Origin: a virus
Lineage: Duplodnaviria > Heunggongvirae > Uroviricota > Caudoviricetes
Direction: 5' to 3' (one strand)
DNA length: 35,158 nt
Virus record (IMG/VR): IMGVR_UViG_3300000176_000003
Span: 64,001 to 99,158 of that record
In this document: in pieces, positions 17,674 through 24,428 of the stretch
Layout: each line of letters starts with the position of its first letter
Position numbering within the stretch: the stretch's first letter is position 1
Program-made: the position numbers and the translations under genes
Notes under the pieces: model-generated
Seen by the model: the letters and a program-made list of their open reading frames with translations, nothing else
What the model was told of the DNA's origin: nothing
The model's database searches: none

Positions 17674-17847
17674 TTAAAAGTCGCTTGTGATTAGTACACT
17701 ATTTGCCCAATCCATAAAATCAATTTCCAATGGATCTAAATTATTAGGATTGGTACGATATCTGATGAGAAGTTCGCACAGCTTTTCTTCGACCGCATGA
17801 ATACCATCATTTTCTGTCGGAAAATTAAAAATCTTAACTTCATCCAT
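17674..17847 (-). CDS. Small hypothetical protein (57 aa), missing from the ORF track
   Basis: Manually translated as MDEVKIFNFPTEND...; strong AGGAGGT RBS. Confidence 0.65.
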   Translation of the reverse strand: MDEVKIFNFPTENDGIHAVEEKLCELLIRYRTNPNNLDPLEIDFMDWANSVLITSDF

Positions 17848-17877
17848 ATTACACCTCCTAATACAAAATGTATAGGT

Positions 17878-17906
17878 ACTATATAGTGTTTTTATGAGAA
17901 AATCAA
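17878..17906 (-). promoter_or_regulatory. Sigma70-like promoter
   Basis: TTGATT-17 bp-TATAGT upstream of the 57-aa ORF/MazG/cd operon. Confidence 0.55.
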
Positions 17907-17909
17907 GCG

Positions 17910-18311
17910 TTATTTTGATATGGCTTTTAGGTGAACTTCGGTTATCTTACAAGAAACCCATGAATTATAATAGGTTTCATTTAACAATGCGTCTTCAGCA
18001 AAAATAAACTTGGTTTCATAATAGGCACATTCAGATCGGTTTTTACATAACCTAAGGATTTCTCGATGAAATCCTTCTTTACCATATTTTTGGATATCTG
18101 CTAATAAATATTTTGATGATCCAAAATAGGTTTTCCAATCAGACTCTTTTCTGATTTTTTTCTTTTTACCATTGACTTGTTTTGTTCCGGCCAGGGTAAA
18201 GTATTTCCTGCCAATATACTGTTTTCCAGTAGTGGTGTGGGTTATTCTATAAACAAAACCGTATGCGCCATTTGGGTCTTCAAATTCAGACCCATTATAA
18301 AACCAAGTCAC
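17910..18311 (-). CDS. Single-domain GIY-YIG nuclease
   Basis: GFVYRIT...KQYIGRK...WKTYFGSS...E...YYN motifs; no appended DNA-binding domain. Confidence 0.75.
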   Translation of the reverse strand: MTWFYNGSEFEDPNGAYGFVYRITHTTTGKQYIGRKYFTLAGTKQVNGKKKKIRKESDWKTYFGSSKYLLADIQKYGKEGFHREILRLCKNRSECAYYETKFIFAEDALLNETYYNSWVSCKITEVHLKAISK

Positions 18312-18457
18312 TCTTCGTAGTAATACTCGGAATCGGAATCATCTTCATCAACGAATTCTATATCTGAACCACAGAATGGACAATAATCCACCGAAGGTCC
18401 AGTATCAGAAATGACTCTAAATTCTTCTTCGCAACTGTTACAGGTAATCCATTTCAT
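18308..18457 (-). CDS. Small Zn-ribbon protein (49 aa), missing from the ORF track
   Basis: Manually translated as MKWITCNSCEEEF...YCPFCGSD..., with two CxxC pairs and TAATG coupling to the upstream ORF. Confidence 0.75.
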   Translation of the reverse strand: MKWITCNSCEEEFRVISDTGPSVDYCPFCGSDIEFVDEDDSDSEYYYEE

Positions 18458-19626
18458 TATAGGCTAAATCCCTTAAATGTAGTTTCGTTCACATCTTTAT
18501 TTATATCACCAATAATATAAGAAGTAATTTCACCTTCTGTAGCATATCTAATTAATAAATCCATATTCTTCCCCCAACGACTTTTAGGCCATCCCAACGA
18601 TAACTGTTTTTGAAACGTTGCATATGAACGACCATTTTCCATACAATATTTTTTTAAATCATTGCTATAGATAAATATGTTTAGTCCTTCTATATATAGA
18701 AGTTTTACTCCGGGTCTATTATAATGTTTTTTTCCTCTATTTGCTGCACCAATTTTATTGGCAGTTTCTGTGCCTTTTACTATTACACCATATCTTGCGT
18801 TGTTTTTACCAGAAGAAGCTTCCCTAAGTTTGATCAAACTTATTTCGGAATGTTTATGCCCTTTAAACCAGCCGCCCGCAGCCGACTGTAATATATTTCG
18901 CTTAGTTCTTTGATCTTCCGCCCCACCACCATATATATCTTCATAAGATTTACCTTTATGATTGGGCGGTCTATTATCTTCGCATATATTTGTAAGGATG
19001 CCCCCAATATCATAATCAATTCTACCATATTTTTTGATAAGAGTTCTTTCGATGTCATATGCTAAAGATTCGTCTTCTATATTCTGGGCATAAAACTCAA
19101 TAACAGGAGAATACCCGAGAGATTTTAATTTTCGTATTTTTGCGCTTTTTCTATTATTTCCAGATCGAGATAACACAGATTCGCTGAAATGAGAAAGGGC
19201 TCTATCATCCTTACCCTTACCAATATAAAATACCTGATTATTTCTTGGATCAATTAGACCGTATACATAGTATAACATTTCAGTCTCCTTTATTCTATTT
19301 ATAAAGACTGTGTTTGCGGCATATGTAATATGCTCTTCAGTATGGTTTGTACCATAACAAAAAATATTATATTTCCTTTGATCTAGGGTTGGAGTAACAT
19401 CCACCAGTTTATTTCCAATATCAAGTACTGAGTGCTTGAATGCGTGAAGTATGTTGTGACTGTCTTTTATAATGTAATAACCTAAAACAGGATTTATCTC
19501 ACAGTTTTTGTGGCACAAAAAGGGTAGATCGCCTTCTCTAGGAGAAATAACTATTTCTCGCAATTTCGTTGCTTTTAATGCTTTAGCGAAAGCAACACAC
19601 TCTTCAATTTCGGGAATAAAGTACAT
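18457..19626 (-). CDS. GIY-YIG endonuclease (internal start 19278) with an N-terminal extra domain and a C-terminal duplicate of the NrdB tail
   Basis: YYVYGLIDPRN..VFYIGKGK..RA..H nuclease motif and NUMOD-like HSE.S..KLRE segment. It ends EITSYIIGDINKDVNETTFKGFSL. Confidence 0.8.
   Translation of the reverse strand: MYFIPEIEECVAFAKALKATKLREIVISPREGDLPFLCHKNCEINPVLGYYIIKDSHNILHAFKHSVLDIGNKLVDVTPTLDQRKYNIFCYGTNHTEEHITYAANTVFINRIKETEMLYYVYGLIDPRNNQVFYIGKGKDDRALSHFSESVLSRSGNNRKSAKIRKLKSLGYSPVIEFYAQNIEDESLAYDIERTLIKKYGRIDYDIGGILTNICEDNRPPNHKGKSYEDIYGGGAEDQRTKRNILQSAAGGWFKGHKHSEISLIKLREASSGKNNARYGVIVKGTETANKIGAANRGKKHYNRPGVKLLYIEGLNIFIYSNDLKKYCMENGRSYATFQKQLSLGWPKSRWGKNMDLLIRYATEGEITSYIIGDINKDVNETTFKGFSL
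19296..19303 (-). promoter_or_regulatory. Late promoter inside the ORF, followed by AAGGAG and ATG 19278
   Basis: Minus strand reads TATAAATA-gaata-AAGGAG-actgaa-ATG. Confidence 0.7.
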
Positions 19627-20732
19627 TATAGGCTAAAACTCTTAAAAGTATTTTCGTCCACATCTTTGTTTATACCACCAATAATATATGAAGTAATTTG
19701 TCCTTGTTGTGGTGCGACTTGTACTTCTGCCCCCGATATCCACTTTTGAGTCCAAGGTAGAGGATTAGACCCCATAGACTTTCCATTAAGCCCAATAGCC
19801 CCCATACGCTTATGACCAATCCAATCGACATAATCGCAGAGAAGCTTTTCATTAAGACCAATCATAGAGCCATCCTTGAACAAATATTTTGCCCAAGTCT
19901 TTTCTTGATCAATAACTGAATCAAAAATATCAACCACTTCATTGTGAGTTTCTTCCTTGATCTTAGCAAAGTCTGGATCTTCTTGAGGAAGAATCTTTAG
20001 AAGTTGTTGAGTAGCTGCAAGGTGGACATTCTCATCACGAGCAATAAGCTTAATGATCTTAGCATTACCTTCCATTTTCTTGACTTCAGCAAATGCCCAA
20101 GAGCAAGCAAATGATACATAGAAACGAATGCCTTCAAGAGCATTAACTGCGTTAAGGCAGAGCCATAATGCTTTTTTATGATTAAAAGAACCACCATATT
20201 GCATAGCCGCATAATTATATGTTTCAATTACACTAGATATATTATTTTGAGCAATCAAATCATCGTAATACTTACTAATATCACCAGCACATTCTACAAT
20301 CTCTGGGATATCAAGCATCTCATCAAACACTACTGATGGATCGGGGTACACGTTACGAATGATATGAGTATATGAACGAGAGTGAATAGTCTCTGAAAAT
20401 GACCAAGTCTGAATCCAAGTCTCAAGTTCTGGAATAGAACAAATAGGAAGGAATGCTAGAGAGGGCGCTCTACCTTGAACCGAGTCCAAAAGAATCTGCC
20501 TCTTTAGATTGGAGGTAAAGATATGCTTCTCATGTGTAGTTAAGCTCTTAAAATCCTTACTATCTCGTGATAGTTCAATTTCTTCTGGACGCCAAAAAAA
20601 TGATAATTGTCTTTCTGTTAGCTTTTCAAATGCTGGATATTTTACTGATTCGTATCGAGCAATGTTAACTGGCTCTCCGAAGAAAGCCAGTTGCTTAGTA
20701 TGATCTACTTTATGTATATTAAATACTGACAT
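19626..20732 (-). CDS. nrdB: Ribonucleotide reductase class Ia beta subunit
   Basis: FFWRPEEI, LDSVQGR, ETIHSRSY, LEGIRFYVSF and RDENVH motifs. Confidence 0.97.
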   Translation of the reverse strand: MSVFNIHKVDHTKQLAFFGEPVNIARYESVKYPAFEKLTERQLSFFWRPEEIELSRDSKDFKSLTTHEKHIFTSNLKRQILLDSVQGRAPSLAFLPICSIPELETWIQTWSFSETIHSRSYTHIIRNVYPDPSVVFDEMLDIPEIVECAGDISKYYDDLIAQNNISSVIETYNYAAMQYGGSFNHKKALWLCLNAVNALEGIRFYVSFACSWAFAEVKKMEGNAKIIKLIARDENVHLAATQQLLKILPQEDPDFAKIKEETHNEVVDIFDSVIDQEKTWAKYLFKDGSMIGLNEKLLCDYVDWIGHKRMGAIGLNGKSMGSNPLPWTQKWISGAEVQVAPQQGQITSYIIGGINKDVDENTFKSFSL

Positions 20733-20959
20733 TATTCCTCTACTATTCTAAATGCTTTTCTAGACACTATTGTATCATAATTACGGCCCTTAAGTCTAAT
20801 CAAAAGACCATCACCTATACCAGAATATTGATGAGCAGATTCTACTTCCCATACTATACCAATTTCGCTCCACCATTGCGGATCATTAAATGTAATTTTC
20901 GTTCCTGGTGTAATTATTAAATCTTGCATATCATATTTTCCATGTTTTAAATAGTACAA
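20732..20959 (-). CDS. Hypothetical protein
   Basis: 75-aa ORF coupled between nrdA-c and nrdB. Confidence 0.5.
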   Translation of the reverse strand: MYYLKHGKYDMQDLIITPGTKITFNDPQWWSEIGIVWEVESAHQYSGIGDGLLIRLKGRNYDTIVSRKAFRIVEE

Positions 20960-21951
20960 CTATCACAATTTTCTTCGTCAGTGTCACCTTTCGCCAGTTC
21001 TTCTACCCTCATTTCACCAGCACCATCATTCGTATTATTATAATAAAGCGTCTTAATACCATACTTATATGCCATCAAAATATGCTTTAACATTTCCGAT
21101 AATGGAATCTTTTCATCAGGATAGAACTTTGGATTATAAGAAGTATTAGTAGAAATAGATTGGTCAATCCACTTTTGTAATACAGCCATAATCTTTAGAT
21201 ATCCTTCTGGTGAAGATTGGTCCCACAGAAGTTCATACTTATTTTTAAGTTTGCGCACTTCGGGAACAACTTGCTTTAATACACCTTCACGAGAACTCTT
21301 AATCGACACTAAAGCACGCGGAGGTTCAATTCCATTTGTAGAATTAGACACTTGAGCAGAAGTTTCTGCTGGCATTAGAGCCATTAGAGTAGAGTTACGA
21401 ATGCCGTATAGATCAGCTTCTTCACGAAGAAGATTCCAGTCCATGGACACAGGACGCGAAGTTAATTCATCAACCTCCTTCTTATATGTATCTATAGGAA
21501 ATTGGCCATGCCCATACTTAGTTTCATACCACTTATCACAGGCTCCCTTTTCTTTGGCTAGATCAATAGAAGCTTTAATTAGATAATAAGACCAAGCTTC
21601 TGTATATTGGTCAATTAAATCTAGATTGGGATTAGTATAGGTCATATCGTTCTTAGCCATCCAATATGCTAGATTGATAATACCAATACCTAAAGGGCGA
21701 CGATTCATTGTAGAAAGTTGTGCAGCAAGAACAGGGTAACTCTGATAATCAAGTAGAGCATCAAGAGCGCGTACTGCTAGAGTACAGGGCTTTTCAAAAT
21801 CAGATGTCTTTTTAATTTTACCCCAATTTATCGCACTCAAAGTGCATAAGCTAATCTCAGATTTACAATCCGATTCAAATATATCAGTCACATATACATG
21901 ATCTGAATCATCATGATCAATATTATCAACAATTTCGTATTTAAAATTCAT
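20947..21951 (-). CDS. nrdA: RNR alpha subunit fragment c (C-terminal) with an acidic N-terminal tail
   Basis: EISLCTLSAIN (C462-equivalent), RRPLGIG, MPAETSAQ, DQSIS, KTLYY and terminal CDSC. Confidence 0.93.
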   Translation of the reverse strand: MNFKYEIVDNIDHDDSDHVYVTDIFESDCKSEISLCTLSAINWGKIKKTSDFEKPCTLAVRALDALLDYQSYPVLAAQLSTMNRRPLGIGIINLAYWMAKNDMTYTNPNLDLIDQYTEAWSYYLIKASIDLAKEKGACDKWYETKYGHGQFPIDTYKKEVDELTSRPVSMDWNLLREEADLYGIRNSTLMALMPAETSAQVSNSTNGIEPPRALVSIKSSREGVLKQVVPEVRKLKNKYELLWDQSSPEGYLKIMAVLQKWIDQSISTNTSYNPKFYPDEKIPLSEMLKHILMAYKYGIKTLYYNNTNDGAGEMRVEELAKGDTDEENCDSCTI

Positions 21952-22543
21952 TATATTTCCTTATATGTTTAGTGAAATTTCCTAAATCCCATTCTTTGTG
22001 ACAACACACACAACATATTTTTTTACCCTGTAAATGAGATGTTCCATTTGGTGCTTTTTTGAGATTATATTTGCCTCGTTTTTTATTTAATTTAGATTTT
22101 CTCATTTTTTCTTTAGTTTTATCAGAAATGTGAATAACTCCACGCAAACCTTTATTCCAAGGAGTCTTTCCTTTCTTACTTAATGAAAGTTTTTTTCTAT
22201 GTTCTATTGTTTGAGGTCTTTTAGGTATACCTTTTTGTGTTTTGCTAATTTTATTTTTATGTTCTTCACTTAATCCCATTTTAGATGGGTTGTTTAGTTT
22301 CATTCTATTAGATGTATTTAAAGGGTGTTCTTTTGATTGCCAATAATGATCATTATGCTCAATTTTATTTTTTTGTGCTTTAGAAAGGGTTTCTCTTACT
22401 TCTAACGATCTAATTTTTCCTTTATTGCTTTTAGATATTTTATCTGCGGTGGAAGAGCCTTTAACAATTCGTCCTAAAGAGGGCGAGATTTTATTTACAA
22501 CGGCTTTGCTATTATTCCAAACTTCCCAATCATCTTTATACAT
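21941..22543 (-). CDS. NUMOD3-like DNA-binding repeat protein; probable homing endonuclease remnant with no recognisable catalytic domain
   Basis: Repeated H..E...KIS...KG motifs (EEHKNKISKTQKG, EHRKKLSLSKKGKTPWNKG). No GIY-YIG or HNH motif, and the in-frame upstream sequence hits TAG after ~24 codons. Confidence 0.7.
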   Translation of the reverse strand: MYKDDWEVWNNSKAVVNKISPSLGRIVKGSSTADKISKSNKGKIRSLEVRETLSKAQKNKIEHNDHYWQSKEHPLNTSNRMKLNNPSKMGLSEEHKNKISKTQKGIPKRPQTIEHRKKLSLSKKGKTPWNKGLRGVIHISDKTKEKMRKSKLNKKRGKYNLKKAPNGTSHLQGKKICCVCCHKEWDLGNFTKHIRKYNEF

Positions 22544-22559
22544 TAGTTTAGTATTAATA

Positions 22560-23555
22560 TCAGATTCGTATTTTTTTGCTTTTAATTGGGGTATTGGGAT
22601 TTGATTTTTTCCATTCTAAATACTTTTTATATTCTTCTTTAGTCAGTTTCATTACTTTAACTATTGGACTACCGTCTTTCAGATCATTTAATGGCTTAGT
22701 TGGAAGGGTAATTTCGGCGCAAAGATTTGATTGGCGAATTGGTGCGACTTCAGATAAAAATGAACCGTGATCATTACAATGATCCACATTCATTAGATAT
22801 ACACGTCCAGTATCCTTCCGTTCTTGAACAAATGATGAGAACATGTCAATTGCGGGTACTTGCTTTTTTCGCAGCTTTGGGTTGCGTTCTGCGCGCTCAT
22901 ATAATTCTCTAAATTTATTTGAGTCTACAAAGAATGCTTCATAGAGTTCTGGTACGTCATGGGGACTAAAGAGTGTGATATTTCCACCATTAATAAGTCG
23001 CTCATACATCACCTTATTGAATTGTACACCATAATCTAGATGTCGAATCCGGTTATCTTCAGTACCTTTATTATTTTTTAGGACTAAAAGTTCCTCCGCT
23101 TCCAAGTGCCAGATTGGGTAATATAATGTAGCCGCTCCTCCACGGACCCCCCCTTGAGAATTGTGAGTAAGAACCATTTCTGATTCTGGAGAATTTGCAG
23201 CAAAAAAAGTGTGTGTGTCTTCTACAGTAATATCAATATAATTAATTGAAGTATTTCCTTTAGATACACTAATAATTTTAGTATGATTATTATCTGTTAA
23301 GATTTTATCAGAAAAAAGTAAATTATCTGGCAATACTGTAAATTGCATATTGTCTTTTTCAATCATTATTGGGTGATTTTTTGAACAATTTAATTCAGTT
23401 TTATTGTCAAAAATAAGAGTTCTTTGATCATCTATGCAAACTTCAGTTTCCCAAATGTCAGTTACAGTTTTAAAAACAACATTTTTGTTGGCATCTAAAG
23501 TTTTAATTTTCATACCAACTACCAAATCTTTTAGTTGAATTTTTTTAGTTTTCAA
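22560..23555 (-). CDS. nrdA: RNR alpha subunit fragment b: IntC + central extein + basic tail
   Basis: TTG start with AAGGA RBS. The extein runs SQGGVRGGAATLY...SNLCAEITLPTKPL (N437/C439/E441-equivalents). Confidence 0.92.
   Translation of the reverse strand: MKTKKIQLKDLVVGMKIKTLDANKNVVFKTVTDIWETEVCIDDQRTLIFDNKTELNCSKNHPIMIEKDNMQFTVLPDNLLFSDKILTDNNHTKIISVSKGNTSINYIDITVEDTHTFFAANSPESEMVLTHNSQGGVRGGAATLYYPIWHLEAEELLVLKNNKGTEDNRIRHLDYGVQFNKVMYERLINGGNITLFSPHDVPELYEAFFVDSNKFRELYERAERNPKLRKKQVPAIDMFSSFVQERKDTGRVYLMNVDHCNDHGSFLSEVAPIRQSNLCAEITLPTKPLNDLKDGSPIVKVMKLTKEEYKKYLEWKKSNPNTPIKSKKIRI
23160..23555 (-). mobile_element. NrdA split intein C-half (132 aa), +1 Ser
   Basis: It starts with the second half of block A (KIQLKDLVVGMKIKT) and contains block B LNCSKNHP, block F YIDITVE and THN|S. 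Confidence 0.88.
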
Positions 23556-24378
23556 TTTTATATTCCTTGATTTGCGGCTTATCCCAATTATGATATTGTA
23601 TCATATGTTTACTAAAATTACCAAGATTATATTTTTTATTGTTATTACAATCAAAAGGACAAGCTCTATATTTATTTTTATCATTCATCGCACAATCAAC
23701 ACCATACTTTTCTATGTTTGTTTTTTTGCTTTTAAAATTTCTGTCTGTCCAATCTTTTTCTTCCATAACTTTTTTATGTGTTTCTTTTGTTTTTTTATCA
23801 AACATCATATTTGTTACCCCATGTTTATCAAACATAACTTCTGATAATTTTTTTGGGTTTTTAAATGGGTTGTCTGTACCATATATTGTTTCTATAGAAT
23901 TTTGTCTTGGAGTTTTTACTATATCTAAATCTAATGTATGGTGTTTTCCATATTTTTTTATATTTGTTTTATATATTTTATCTTTTATTATTTTTGATCC
24001 TGATCCCCTTGAACCATATTTTTCTATTAATTTTGTATTTACTTTTTCTTGCACTTTATCAAATTCAAAAGGAAATGGTCCTTCTATATTTAATGGAACC
24101 ATATTATTATTCCATCTATTTAAATATTTTTTATTGTTTGGTATGTTTAATTTTTTAAGAACTTTGGTTTCCCATAATAATGCTGAATTCTTATCTTTAA
24201 AAACTTTTCTAATTTCTATTAGATTTGGTTCTCCATGTTTTTCAATAAACAATTTTACATATTTTGAAGATGACATATAGGTACTGCCAATGTCTTCTAA
24301 TTTTGCTTTTTTTGAATACCTAACTCCATAATAATATTTGTCTTGTTGTGTCCATCCTAGTAAATAAGTATAATACAT
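23545..24378 (-). CDS. GIY-YIG-like homing endonuclease between the NrdA intein halves
   Basis: YTYLLGW...YYGVR...YMSSSK...WETKVL...LN N-domain and repeated KTNIxKYG motifs. Very AT-rich. Confidence 0.8.
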   Translation of the reverse strand: MYYTYLLGWTQQDKYYYGVRYSKKAKLEDIGSTYMSSSKYVKLFIEKHGEPNLIEIRKVFKDKNSALLWETKVLKKLNIPNNKKYLNRWNNNMVPLNIEGPFPFEFDKVQEKVNTKLIEKYGSRGSGSKIIKDKIYKTNIKKYGKHHTLDLDIVKTPRQNSIETIYGTDNPFKNPKKLSEVMFDKHGVTNMMFDKKTKETHKKVMEEKDWTDRNFKSKKTNIEKYGVDCAMNDKNKYRACPFDCNNNKKYNLGNFSKHMIQYHNWDKPQIKEYKIEN

Positions 24379-24396
24379 ATTTTTCTCCTTTATACT

Positions 24397-24404
24397 TATT
24401 TATA
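24397..24404 (-). promoter_or_regulatory. Late promoter of the intervening endonuclease
   Basis: TATAAATA followed by the AAGGAG RBS and ATG 24378. Confidence 0.75.
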
Positions 24405-24410
24405 GTTTTC

Positions 24411-24428
24411 TCTAACGCCACCCTGGCT
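24411..24428 (-). repeat. Out-of-frame synonymous copy of the C-extein start (SQGGVR)
   Basis: AGC CAG GGT GGC GTT AGA overlaps the IntN stop codon. The real extein reads TCT CAA GGG GGG GTC CGT. Confidence 0.75.

Noticed and set aside
18498-18505. TATAAATA on the minus strand inside the duplicated nrdB tail
   Set aside because: It arises from the Asp-Ile-Asn-Lys codons and may be coincidental, so it is not called as a promoter without transcript data.
18530-19710. Self-splicing intron joining VAPQ to the downstream EGEITSY tail of nrdB
   Set aside because: The required junction lacks the U-at-5'-splice-site and G-at-3'-end signature, and there is no non-coding room for a ribozyme core.
21941-22560. 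Group I intron explaining the second nrdA break
   Set aside because: The interval is fully occupied by coding sequence (16-nt gap on one side, 11-nt overlap on the other). I found no recognisable P7/ribozyme core, and both fragments have their own non-RNR tails and an RBS.
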